Source: Magallana gigas
Lineage: Eukaryota
NCBI RefSeq assembly: GCF_963853765.1
Contig: NC_088859.1
Location: 8,804,001 to 8,868,000 of the forward strand
Length of the DNA: 64,000 nucleotides
Reading direction: 5' to 3'
Position numbers and translations under genes: made by a program. This document shows, piece after piece, positions 36,501 to 48,934 of this stretch (position 1 is its first letter; each line of letters opens with the position of its first letter). Under the pieces are notes generated by a model. It was given only the letters and a program-made list of their open reading frames with translations. It did no database searches and was not told the origin of the DNA.

Positions 36501-38221
36501 ACCCTGTAATTTTTTTTTTTATTGATTTATAACAATGATACATGTGTACCTGTATAGATGTATTTAATCTCATTCTGCGCTCGCCCTAATGGTCGCTCCG
36601 CAAAACATATTAGATTAAAGTTGAAATTAAAAATTTATACACTGTTTTAATGTGATTAATGGGACAATGAAATAAAGCAATGTATAGTCATCTGACACAA
36701 TGCAACACCTTAGACGATAAACATTAAAAAAGAATAAAGTATAATTCACTGTAACACTGAAATTCCCCCTCTCCATAATTACACAATCATACAGTAAACA
36801 GTAAGTACAAGTAAAGCAAGATGTGCAAAATTATATATAAGCTTACTTTTTTAAATTTGCCAATTTCTTTTTGTATTCATCATCACCCTTTTTAAATGTA
36901 AATCCGTTAAAGAGGCGCAAATTTTTTCTTATTAGTGTTGCCTGCAAAAAAGAGGAGAAAATTAACATCAGCAGGAAGAAGACAAATGGTATGTTGATGC
37001 AGTAACCAGGATATGATTTTATCAGGTACCTTTCCGGGACTGTTGAAGCAGAGTCTGTGTAAGGCTTTTAAATCATCAACTTTTCCTTTTGAAATATGAT
37101 ACTCAACTGTGAAAAAAAAACCCAGACAAATATTTCATGTTACATCAAATTACAACATAAAATCAAATACCTTGGAACATATACATAAATGTGCATAAGC
37201 ATAAACTATTATGTGATAAAATTAATTGCAACATATACAATCATAACACAAAAATTTCAATTCATTTACTAAAACAGATCATTTGCTATCAATTTCGCAT
37301 CTTGATAATTAAAAAAAAGAAAAATCAGGGAAAGTTTATTTCTATACACACGCCTGCAGTGTTGGACTTACTTCGTGCACAGTCTCCTAGTTTGTCACCA
37401 GAGCCTTCTCCCACCTCAAACTTTCTAGCTTCTTTTGGGACTACTTCTTGCATGCTGAGACGTTCTACTTTCTTTTTCTCTCTTCTTTTACCAGATTCAA
37501 TAATTACAGGGCGCTCTAAGAGACCAGCTGTATGTCAAAAATTATTTAAAACTTAGACATCTTCAAAGCAAAGCGTTCATGTAATAAAGTTCATCATGAT
37601 TATTGAAAAATGGTCTTTGATTGTATTCAGAAAAAGAACATCACGTTTTTCATAACCTGCAGTAAATGGTTAAGAGAATGAGATATTACGTTGTAATTCT
37701 TCCTCTTCCTCTTCATCATCATCATCACTCATTGCTTCTTCTTTCCTTTCATTCGTGGACTTTTTAGGAGATTTAACTGGACTCTTCTTTTCCTTAGCTT
37801 CATCCTCTGAGTCTTCTGATTTGGATGTATCATGAACTGGCTCTTTGTCTTCTTCCTGCAGAAAAAATGTGCACGTTATTTGTTAGCAGATCAGATGACT
37901 ATATCGAAGAGGTTGATTAACACGTGTTCAAGTCTTGAATACTTGGCAAAATGGCAGTCATTTAACCAAGGTACGGACATGAGATTAAGGGTGAAAATGC
38001 ATTTGTAGAGAGACAATTATTCACATGAGAAGATTTGCGACAAAACACGGGGCGAAAATGTAAACAAGGGTTCTCCACCCAAAGTGCAAATTAATTAATG
38101 AGAGTTTTAGATACGAAATAGCATAAAATGCTTTGCATATATATATTTTCTATCAGATACTAAGTGTTACCATCTCTTCTTTCTCTGGAGCAGATTCTCT
38201 GTTGTTCTCTACATCTGACAT
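30510..38221 (-). CDS. DEK: Chromatin protein DEK (~408 aa; SAP and DEK_C domains)
   Basis: 12 in-frame exons: 38221-38171, 37855-37690, 37527-37372, 37106-37030, 36941-36847, 36258-36110, 35022-34844, 34196-34085, 33255-33179, 31733-31650, 31245-31177, 30521-30510. Motifs GKRREKKKVERLSMQ, LKALHRLCF, RKNLRLFNGF, LKKVCEVLDLERKG, KILDKANLEEVTMKTV, DFIKETVREMIS*. Confidence 0.95.
31814..33152. mobile_element. CAGGG-terminated non-autonomous DNA transposon with 5-bp TSD (DEK intron)
   Basis: Perfect 13-bp TIR CAGGGGTTTTCCT / AGGAAAACCCCTG; AATAC on both flanks; subterminal TTCCCAA motifs near both ends. Confidence 0.75.
34267..34704. mobile_element. MITE-like element in a DEK intron
   Basis: Imperfect inverted ends AAATTAATTTTTAGATTCTCATCC / GGATGAGAATCTAAATATTAATTT with subterminal CCGCCC motifs. 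Confidence 0.6.
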
Positions 38222-38246
38222 GATGCTTGAGGTTTTAAATTCTTAC

Positions 38247-38282
38247 AATGGCGGCAAAATGGCGCTTATCCTACGAGCCAAT
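38247..38282. promoter_or_regulatory. DEK proximal promoter: YY1/E2F-like ATGGCG motifs and a CCAAT box
   Basis: AATGGCGGC (38247), AAAATGGCGC (38256) and CCAAT (38278), 25-60 nt upstream of the DEK ATG. Confidence 0.45.
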
Positions 38283-39891
38283 CAAAACTAAGATAACAAC
38301 CGCTCTTGATCATAACTTCAAAAAAGCCAAAATCTTGAAATTCGGATAAGTTGGCAATTTTACTTTTATAATAAGTCAGTAGATTCATTTTTTAAATTGT
38401 TGTTTGCTTGTTCGCTTTACATTCAAAAATATTTCTTAATACTGTTAACTTTTAAAATGGTTAAATATTTGGAAAACGAAGAACGACTTAATGTCATGTT
38501 TAAGCGTTAAAATGACGCAGATAATTTTGACAACCTCTGGCTGTTTTTCATCTTTCAGGAAAATATTGTTCACTTTGTTGATGTCTAATCTATTCCGGAC
38601 GACGACGTGAATAATCATATCACACTTACGTTTATTTTTTGAAATATGAATAATTATTTAGAAAAAAACAGTGTATAAGTGCGCTGCAGGTAACTTTTAT
38701 TTTCTTGTATTTATGTGAACATTGGTAAATTTTACAACGTTTTTGGCCTTTCATGTATTTTGAGATATATTTAAATGTATTCGACGAAACATGCGAAAGC
38801 AGTTTGTATAAATTTAATTTTCACCAACTTTAATGTGTTTCTAATGCCATTATGAGTGAATTAGTTTGCATAATAAAGTGAATGGATATGTCTCAAATCT
38901 AGTGCAATTATGTAGGAATGTTAGACACTTTGGCCCAAATACACCTTGCTCCACAGAAATTTTGGCCCAAACACACCTCTATCTAGCTGCAGGTCTGTAG
39001 TTTCTGCCCTGAAAAAAATCGGACGGACAACCTGGGAGCAATAACTCCTTACATGGTTGGCAATTTAAATTGCACAAAAACTTTCGCTAGTTTTGGGCCG
39101 ATTAATCTTATTTACAAACACATTCTGTTTCTATTCAATTCCTAAAAAATTTCCTGGACATCTTACTACAGAACATCACTGTACTTGCCTCTGATATTCT
39201 TTTAAACATTATCACCAGCCCCGTAAACATGGTAAAGGGGAGTGGTGCAGTTTGTTTACATATAAAAGTGGTGACTCTTGATCTGCATCCAAATTTAATG
39301 TACTTTATTTTCTGAGGTCGTTTTAGCCTTTTAGGTATTTAAGAGAGAGTCTGTAAAGCAAAGACATCAGTAGTAAATTGTCTGAAGAATTTAATGGTAA
39401 TAATTATTTAAACAGAATTTATGGAAAAGTAAGGTTATTAATCAGTCCAAGATTTTGCGCTCTGTAAATTGCAACTTTTTAACGCGAACTGGAATTTTTT
39501 TATGAACTGTAGGTCCAAGGTCATCAATCTAAATTTTTTTAGACCGGGAGCTAGAGAACTGCAGCTAACCTCTGCTCAGAAGGGTCGGCTCTAAATTGAA
39601 GAAATCTTGGCTAATACATAAGACACTTTGGCCCTGTCACATTTAATGAATTGTATAAATCTATATTATTTTGAATGATATATATATATATGTATATTGA
39701 TTACCTACAAAATAGTAAATTGATAAATGATCTGAACTCATATCTTTCAAAAATTATTGCCACTTGAATCAAAAATTCCTCTGATTCTAATTCTTGCTTT
39801 AACAAGGATCACCCACATCTTTAGAGAAAGAAACAACATTACAAATATGATCATAATGATTTAAATTTTGTTTATAAAATAATAAAGATGG

Positions 39892-40033
39892 TTTTTAGCT
39901 CACGGAGCTGAAAGCTCAAGTGAGCTATTCTGATCACATTTTGTCTGTCGTCCGTCTGTCTGTCCGTCTGTCTGTCCGTCTGTCCGTCTGTCTGTAAACT
40001 TTTCACATTTTCAACATCTTCTCAAGAACCACT

Positions 40034-40072
<39 letters not shown>

Positions 40073-40690
40073 CCTAAGGGGATTCAAAGTTGTGAAAATT
40101 AAGGACCACGCCCTTTTGCAAAGGGAGATAATTAGGAATTTATGAAAATTTTCGAGAAATTTTCAAAAATCTTCTTCTCATGAACCATAAGACTAGGAAA
40201 GCTGAAACTTATGTGAAAGCATCTTCAGGTAGTGTAGATTCGTGAAAATCATGACCCTCGGGGGTAGGGTGGGGCCACAATGGGGGGTCGAAGTTTAACA
40301 TAGGAATATATAGAGTAAATCTTTAAAAATCTTCTTCTCAGAAACTAATCACCCAGGAAAGCTGAAACTTGTGTGGAAGCATCCTCAGGTAATGATTCAA
40401 ATTTGTGAAAATCATGACCCCCGGGGGTAGGGTGGGGCCACAATGGGGGGTTGAAGTTTAACATAGGAATATATAGAGTAAATCTTTAAAAATCTTCATC
40501 TCAGAAACTAATCAGCCAGGAAAGCTGAAACTTGTGTGAAAGCATTTTCAGGTACTGTAGATTCAAAGTTGTGAAAATCATGACCCCTCGGTGTAGGATG
40601 GGGCCACAATGGGGGGTCGAAGTTTAACATAGGAATATATAGAGTTAATCTTTAAAAATCTTCTTCTCAGAAACTAATCAGCCAGGAAAG
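39892..40690 (+). mobile_element. Non-autonomous Helentron-like element carrying about 3 copies of the ~166-bp oyster satellite unit; 3' end missing
   Basis: 5' hairpin AGCTCAC..AGCTGAAAGCTCAAGTGAGCT, (GTCT/GTCC)n tract at ~39944-39995, tandem units with GGGGCCACAAT at 40271, 40434 and 40600 (periods 163 and 166). Confidence 0.85.
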
Positions 40691-41194
40691 CTTATTGATA
40701 TTCATAGACTGGCAAATTGGAAAGGTTTTTTCCCCCAAGATTTGCTCATTTGTGTATAACTGAGGCTGTTTCAACTGAAATATACAACCCTGGATGAAGC
40801 TGAACATGTACTGTAGATTTTTAATTAACATGAGGAATTGATATATGCATTAAATCGCAAGAAGCATATCGCAAGAAGCACATCTTGCAGATTTAAAATC
40901 TTGCTTTTATTTTTCGGACAGATGTAAACTATAACAAACTATTATAAAAATTCAGCATTTGCAGTTTTATATTCTCGTGATTTGATGCAGAACAAATAAG
41001 GAATCTATAGTATGTATTCATATCTATTAGCCAAGCTCTAGAGAGTTAATCATGAGTATCGATAGACCCCCACCTTGATCAAATCTGAGTTTGTCACGTA
41101 CTGCTTACAGTTCAAGTTCTTGTTACAATGACTCTTTATTCAGAGATGTGCATATTACTTGGATTTTACTTATATTTATGCAGATTGGAATAAA

Positions 41195-44100
41195 ATGGCG
41201 ACATACTCGGCAGGAAATAATTCGGTGGACCTGGCCATTGATCCTCTCATCACGTGTCGCCTGTGTCTGATGGAATGCTCCCTACAGGAGATGTACGAAT
41301 TACACGACTGTAAATGTCTCTACTGTGAGAAGGTACACTGATAAGTTACAGTCAAATTAGTGGCGAAATGTACATCTTACAAATTGTTGATATTGGCATT
41401 TAATTTTAATTTGTTTTAACACCAATATGCTGTTTGTGTTTATTGATTTTGTTTGCATTATTTCAGTGTGTGAAACAGTATCTACAGGTGTTGATCACTG
41501 ATGGGAGTATTCTTACAATCACCTGTCCAGATGCCAAGTGTAAAAAACAGGGGAGGATTGAAGCTCCAGAGGTGTGTATTGGAACCAAGAGAGGATTGAC
41601 TGTAAAATGTGTAAAATGACTGAGAGAGTATTGATAGTGATTGAAAAATGCATTTAAGAAATGCAGCCAAATCTTACAAACACTTTAGAAACATGAGCAT
41701 TGAACTCTAAGGCCAGTGAACTAAAAATGAATTATGGTCTTTCACTGAAGGACCATAGTAAATTCTTAATGTACATGGGTATTAATGACACTCTGAAATC
41801 ATTTACCATATCTTTACCTTAATGTCAAATTAAGATACATTTGCAGAACTGTGCTTACATTTGTAGAAGCAGATGTGTAAATTATAAATTTAAATCTTAT
41901 ATTTTTATTTTTTAGATTGAATCTTTAGTGGATGGTAATATGTATGAAAGATATCGACGACTAAGACACCAAAGAGGTATGCTAGCTACTAATGGAACTT
42001 TTGAACATTTTGGATACTAAATGTTTCAAAGTCAATTTTATTAACTGTTTCATTCATGACTTGTACTTTAGAGATTGAGCTGGACCCCAATCGAACGTTT
42101 TGCCCAGAGGCTGGATGTGAGGCTATCTGCCATGTTTGTAGCACATCAACAGGAGAAAGATACAATCCTACTCAAGTAGACTGTCCAGAGGTACTATATA
42201 TATAAGTCCATAGGTACTTTTTATCAGTTCAGAGGTAATACCCGGTATATATCAGTTCAGAGGTACTTTATATCAGTCCCGAGGTACTTTATATCAGTCC
42301 AGAGGTACCATATATATCAGTCCATAGGTATTATTTATCAGTTCAGAGGTCTTACCCGGTATATATCAGTTCAGAGGTACTTTATATCTGTCCAGAGGCA
42401 CTTTATATATCAGTCCAGAGGTACTTTATATCAGTCCAGAGGTACTATATATATCAGTTCAGATGCACTTTATATCTGTCCAGAGGTACTTTATATCAGT
42501 CCCGAGGTACTATATATATATCAGTCCAGAGGTACTATATATCAGTCCAGATGCACTATATATATCAGTCCAGAGGTACTATATATCAGTCCAGAGGTAC
42601 TTTATATCAGTCCAGATGCACTATATATATCAGTCCAGAGGTACTATATATATATCTGTCCAGAGGTACTTTATATCAGTCCAGATGCACTATATATATC
42701 AGTCCAGAGGTACTATACATCAGTCCACACTGTGGTGTTCCAAAATCCATAACACCCCTCTCTGAAAACGCTGACTTAGCATGTTTAAAAAGAGTTTTTT
42801 TAAAGATGGTTTTACCGTATTTGTTAAGTTAATGTTGTAAATTGATTTAAAAGATGGTTTTGTTACCTTTTAATGGAAGGGTATACCTGTATAATTCCAG
42901 TAAATTTATCATCATAATATAAACTTGATCCAAAGGGTGGATCACGTCGAGTTGACAGGTGTGGATGATCAGACCAAACAAGACGTTTCATCTGATGATC
43001 TGTGCCGAGCAACTCTATGGGGTGCGACCCTTTGGATTAAGTTACCGGTACTATTATGATAATACAGAATATATGAGTGTCTTGTTTTGTAGTGTGGCCT
43101 ACAGTTTTGTTCAGTGTGTAAGGCTAAGTGGCACGGAGCCATGACCTGTGATGACCTGATGTTCAGCGGAAGACAGGAGGATGCTGGGTAATTTCTTTTC
43201 TTTAGATAATTTTAACCTTTTTTCTGATGGATGATGTGTTGTTTTTTGTTACAGGTATTTATCATCAAAAAGTTAAATTTTAAAAACAGACAATTTGGAA
43301 AATAGGATTTAAATTTGTGTTCTTTATTGATACATAGATAATGTACATGTATATAATGAGTTTCTAATGACCAAAAAGAAGCAGTTTCTCACCCTTCTTT
43401 AGAGATTGAAGTTAATTATGTTTTTCATTCCTTCTGATGTACAGCCAATTTGAATGCATGATAATGGTTTCTCTACTTTAGCATCCCCTACAATAGTCAA
43501 GAGGACGCTCTGATCAAGCGATGTCCGGTCTGCTGGGTTCCGATCGAGCGGAATGATGGTTGTGCCCAGATGATGTGTAAGCGCTGTAAGCACGTATTCT
43601 GCTGGTACTGTTTGACTTCTCTAGATGTAAGTGAAATGGAGGTAACATGCCATAAATTATTAAGTTTTTGGCCAGAGCGTAATTAATATGACTAATTTTT
43701 TGGGCCATATATTGTTATAAAAAGAGGTTTTTTAAAAAGTTTAAACTACTTTTTAATTAAATAAGCCATCATTTTAAATTTTATGGGTAGGTATTTTATA
43801 GAACATTGTTATTTTGTATGCATTATTTGTATGTAAAACTGAAACAGAGTGTTTAGTTGTATAACTGAATGAAAAGTTTATAAACACGTTCTAACAGTAA
43901 TTAGTTTGTTTTATAAATAATTTTTTTTCAGCATGACTTTTTGCTGAGGCATTATGATAAGGGACCATGTAAAAACAAACTTGGACACTCCAGAGCCTCT
44001 GTTATTTGGCACAGAACACAGGTGAAATTATTTTGAAAATCTCATTCTAATGAATTCATTTGAATACCGTATACCCAGGGGTTTTTCCCCTTTTGGCAAA

Positions 44101-44417
44101 TTTTGCATAATTTAGTCTGAGATATTTTTATTATGGTAGGTTATTTATATTTTGAAAATTTAAAATGTTGAATAGCTCATGATAACAAACATAGTTTCTG
44201 TCTGTTGTGTTTCATGAGATATGGTAGGTACTAAAGAAATAGCAAGTTTTGTATTTTTGTATTTTAGGTGGTGGGAATCTTTGCTGGATTTGGTGTGCTG
44301 CTCCTAGTTGCCTCCCCTTTCCTGCTCCTTGCAGCTCCATGCATTCTATGCTGTAAATGTAAGCTTTGTAAATGCTGTGAAGAGGAGGACGATGTCATTG
44401 ATGTAGTGACAGCATGA
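41195..44417 (+). CDS. RNF144A: RBR E3 ubiquitin ligase RNF144 (RING1-IBR-RING2-TM), ~300 aa
   Basis: Exons 41195-41332, 41467-41571, 41916-41976, 42072-42190, 43093-43187, 43482-43626, 43932-44021, 44268-44417. Motifs [75 protein letters not shown]. Probably pro-orthologous to both RNF144A and RNF144B. Confidence 0.95.
42183..42727 (+). repeat. Minisatellite of ~20-26-bp units, each copying the exon 4 donor site of RNF144
   Basis: 24 units by manual count of (TA)nTCAGTCCAGAG|GTACT; the first unit is the real exon end GACTGTCCAGAG|GTACT. Confidence 0.95.
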
Positions 44418-47400
44418 TGATGTAATATCCTAACAGAGACCAAAGAAAAAGACTTAAAAGTGGCTCTAGTCGGATGTGCTATACAACATATTTATTCACC
44501 CCAAGTCAACGGGTATTTTGTTAGAGAATGGTTTGAAAATTCCAGGTAAAATCAGTGATTTTTTAATGAAGTTTAACACTCATTTACCTTAAAAAAAATT
44601 GTGTTTTTTCGTATTTTCAAGTGCATTGGATATACAGTGTAGATTGTATCTCCTAGTAGATATATGTGTCAAAACACTTTAGCATGTGAAACTATACGCA
44701 CATGTAGCAGATACAAATTGATGATTATGAAGCATTCTCTTCCATTTACACCAACAGATATTGTTTCCAGAGTGTTTTTTATCAGTAATATAAATTATTC
44801 AAAGTATTTTGCCAATCAGGGTATGTTATGTCAGGGTATACATAACTGCAAATTTTGTCAGAAATGTTAATTGAAAATCTAGTACCTTACTTCCTACTTA
44901 CATTTTTTTTTCTAAGTGTTCCAATTTAATATTTTGTTTATGAAATTGTTTGTTTATGAAATTATTTTGTAATGTTTTTAAAAAGTTGATATGAGTCATA
45001 AATTAAATGATTGATAATTGCACAATAGGCATGTGCATTTTGTTGCGTGTATGTTTTAAATTTTAAAAGATTGAATCAAGTTTTGCTATAATACAATTCA
45101 AAACTCTTTTAAATATTTATTGCCTGCAATATTTGGACTTTTCTTTGTTTTTATTTTTTTATTGGTTGTTTATTTTCTTAAAACTTTTAAATAACTATGA
45201 AATGCATATTCTATCCATCATTTACAAATTTTAAACAGTAAAATCTTGATTTTACATTGACTAAATTTTTAGGTTTCTTTAAAGTTGTTTTTCATGCAAA
45301 TTCATAAGAACAATTCAATTTAGAATTAAATGAAATCATTTGGGATCTTGTTTTTATGAAAGGTTATCAGTGATCAACATGCTCTTTTGTTTTACAAATA
45401 TGCATGCAGAGTTTTGCTATAGAAATTAGCTGTCAACATAAGAAGCTACATCATATGATGTCATGAGGCCTTGTTAACATTGTTTGAAAATGAAATTCCC
45501 AATTTAATTTCAAACCTGTTTTTATCTTAAGATAGCTACGTTAGCTGCGATAGCTAAGATCTTTTTTTTTTCATTTTTTTAATGCCTGTTTGTAGTTTTT
45601 ATTTGTTGGCTTATTATCTGTGATATGTCATTTGAATCTGTGTAATGTACGTGTGCGATGAACAATTCGAAGTGTAGACATGCATATAGATACATGTATT
45701 GGTTCTTGTAAATGTTTACTATTTCCTTTATTGTTGCTGACTCATTGATATTTGTTGTGCAATGTAGTGTTTTATTTGTAAGTTGTGTTCTTATATTAAC
45801 ATCAGCAAACAATATTTTCGGTTTTTTTTTTTTACAAAAAATACATGCAATTGCTTTCTCCAAATTAAGAATATACCGGTACATGCATTTGTGTGGCATT
45901 CATGCAAATTTCCATAATTTATATAATTTTTATAGTATTTCACACAGCCTAACTATTGCTGAGATTTCAATTTTGCTGTTTATGGCTGGCCATTATTAAT
46001 AATTAAAGCAAACATTTTTAATCACATTCTTGGTGTCCTAGACAACAAAGCTTAAATCTTTGTAATTCAGTGACTACATCATTAGTTGTTTAATGATAGT
46101 GATAAGCAGCTAGACATTCTATGATGGGTTGCAGTATGACATGTTTTGTTTTGTATTTTGTCTGTGATATTGTCAATTTTACAAGGATATTATCCTATGT
46201 ACTTGCTGCATGCCTCATCAAATGCAGGCCTCTGCTCTAGTCTTGCATGTTTTGTTCATTGTTGTAAACTCATTATCCTTTTTGTAATGTTCACATATAA
46301 CAGACTCGTATTCATAATCAGGGGTAATCATTGTTTTGCAAGGCAAAGAAAAAATCATAATTCTATTACTTTTATCTGTATCTATGTTAAATAACTACAC
46401 GTATGCATGTATATATGTTCATTTATATGTGCATCAGACATTTTGGTATTGTATGCTTTCTGTCTCATTAATTTTTCTTTGACTATACTAGTGTATAAGA
46501 GCGTTTTACAAAAAAATCTTACTGAGTGAAGCTCCCAAACATCCACTTGATTTCACAAAAGAAAAAAAAATGTTGTAACCGTCGACTTTCATTTTGACTC
46601 CTAGCTATATTATTATGGTGCATCTTTGCAAGCCCAGTGGACCGAAAAATCCTTGGATATCGAAGATGGTTGTAGTATTGATTGTTCAGAACATATATTG
46701 CATGAAAGATAGAACTACCGCTACCAGGATAGTTGCAGTATTTTTTCACATTAAAACTACCGGGTATATATAAACTCCTGCAGCTAAGTCCATTGTGCAT
46801 TTTTTGCTTTGTCCTTCATTACAGTGTATTTATATCTGAAGATCCTTTGTATCAAATACATGACTTTCAAATATTGCTAATGAAATCTATTCTCAATGTG
46901 AATTATGTAGCATTATGTTGAACCAGTTGCTTTGTTTTCTTTAAGATTAAATTATTGATGTATTTAATTTATTAAAGCAGGCCTGGGGATCTGACATACT
47001 GAACAGAGTTTTTTAAATGATCTTTAATATCTGTAACTAATGGTATTACTTTTCTATAAATGAAAAAGACCACATGTGATGTAGTTTCATTCCAGATTTG
47101 TTTTGTTCTGTGTGGGGTATATATCTAATAGTACCTGCAAGTGCTAGTAAAGGTGAATGTTTTATTGTGATATATGTTTCTGGTCATAAAATACTGTTTA
47201 TTTGCTGTTGAGAAATAAATTATTGTAAATATTAATCCTTTTGTCTTCATACAGTTATGAAAGCAACATCAGGCTTATATTGATTGAGAGCTTAAAAAAT
47301 GATTAAATTATTATATTGAATAAATTTATTACGTCATCAAATTATTTGTCGAGACGGCATTTCTTAAATCTAGGATTTGAAAAGGGCACATAATTAAATG

Positions 47401-47466
47401 TTTTGAAAGGGGAAATTTTCTTTAAGGTGAATATCACGGGGTCTAAAAATTTTATACCCCTATACC

Positions 47467-47520
47467 GCATCTTTGCTAGCCAAGGGTTTCTAATCCGAAA
47501 TCCTTGGCTAGCAAAGATGC
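47467..47520. mobile_element. 54-bp palindromic mini-element with 6-bp TSD
   Basis: GCATCTTTGCTAGCCAAGGGTTTC-TAATCC-GAAATCCTTGGCTAGCAAAGATGC (23/24 arm match), flanked on both sides by TATACC. Confidence 0.85.
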
Positions 47521-48934
47521 TATACCAGTACTTTATAAATCAATTTACAGTCAATGTAAATGTTAACAAGTAAGATTGTTATACTAAATAGTTTGTAAAC
47601 ATTCAAATAAAAGTTATTGAACGATTCAATATTTTTAAACATTTACATCTACCGAGTATGATTCCCTTCATTTCTTATGGGAACTTAGTTAATTCATAGC
47701 CCTATAGAAACAGGCAGACCGAAATCTGCATGCCCCGTTTATCGATTAGACGAAACATAGCGACCTAAGAAAAATCAAGGACTGGACTGCATGAAATAAT
47801 CATGATGTCAGACTCGATTTTGCTGTTTCTTTTAGCTAACGTTCTGATGTACGTTAACAATAATATGGTTAATTTTTCTTACTTTTTATTGTGAAAAGAA
47901 AGTTGTCAATATAAACAATGAAATGCTTTCTTTGATGATTCATGCCGGTCATGAGAAATTATGGAATTTTGATGTACAGTTCCTTTTTCATTGAAAAGCC
48001 ATTCCATTTCCGAGGTGGGCATGGAGCTATGCCATGCTAAATTGTTTAACACTGATTTTTTAAATATTTTATGGTTCTCAATACACACATTCGTTCTTAA
48101 TTTATGCCGTCTCAGCAAAATTGCTTGAAAATTTAAAGCTTAAAAATTTTCTGTCTTCAGGAATGTGAAGAATAAATTCTTCTGAGGAATTATTCTCTAC
48201 CAAGAAAACTACAATTAACGTAGACCTGGATTTCAAGTTTAAAGAAACGGTTTCAACAGCTTTACCATTGAAGAATATTTCAATGTTCTTCCCAGCAATT
48301 TTAAATAATAGTAGCGAGAAGGCTAAAATAGGCTTCGTTTGCTGCCTTAACCCATTCAGTATTGCATTAATATTTCTAAGACAAGTGTTTTTAGCGCAGG
48401 AGTTCCAAGACCAATCTACTCATTCATGTAGCATTTCTTTAAGATGTTCTCATTTAAAACATGTCATCTTTATTTTCAAATCCAATTAACTAAAATATTT
48501 CTGCAACATACCAACCCTTTCCCTGACATTAACAACACTGCTTGTACATATAAAACATTTATTGTTCATCATTCATAAAACACTAAATAACAAACTTGCA
48601 CTAAGATTCTCTTGCACACATAAATAGTCAATGTCTATACAACATAAAATAGGGCAAAATAAAGGAATAAAAAATGATTAATGAGGTATTCATCTTAAAA
48701 AGCTAAAAAATCTAAATACCTCAAAACATCCACATGAGCATAAGAGATTTTAAAATCTTCAAATTAAAAAAAATGAAATTGGAGGATTAAGAATACTTCA
48801 ACTTTTTTGAATGGCTAAATATTTCATTATGGAGCTAAAAGAAAATAAAAAAAATGTTTGCATGATACCTTAAAATGTGTAAATGAAATGTAAAATAATT
48901 TTTGATAAATGATAAGATGCAGTTATATGAGCAT

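Noticed and set aside
38923-39634. 14-bp direct repeats AGACACTTTGGCCC about 700 bp apart
   Set aside because: No TIRs, LTR features or ORF could be tied to them; probably remnants of an unclassified repeat.
42183-42727. CRISPR-like appearance of short regularly spaced repeats
   Set aside because: No unique spacers, eukaryotic intron context and no cas genes; it is a minisatellite.
42463-42832. Repetitive ORFs (ISVQRY.. / YQSRGT..)
   Set aside because: Translations of the intronic minisatellite; no splice or start context supporting coding.
42959-43049. Possible extra RNF144 exon (TTGACAG|GTGTGG...)
   Set aside because: Exons 4 and 5 already join in frame to give a canonical IBR domain; including this segment would disrupt it.
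44415-44426. Tandem TGA TGA at the RNF144 stop (selenocysteine or readthrough?)
   Set aside because: The protein already ends at the normal family length; only TGT follows before TAA, and no SECIS was recognised.
44664-48489. Several 60-106 aa ORFs between RNF144 and RRM2
   Set aside because: AT-rich 3'UTR/intergenic sequence with low-complexity translations and no splice-consistent gene model.
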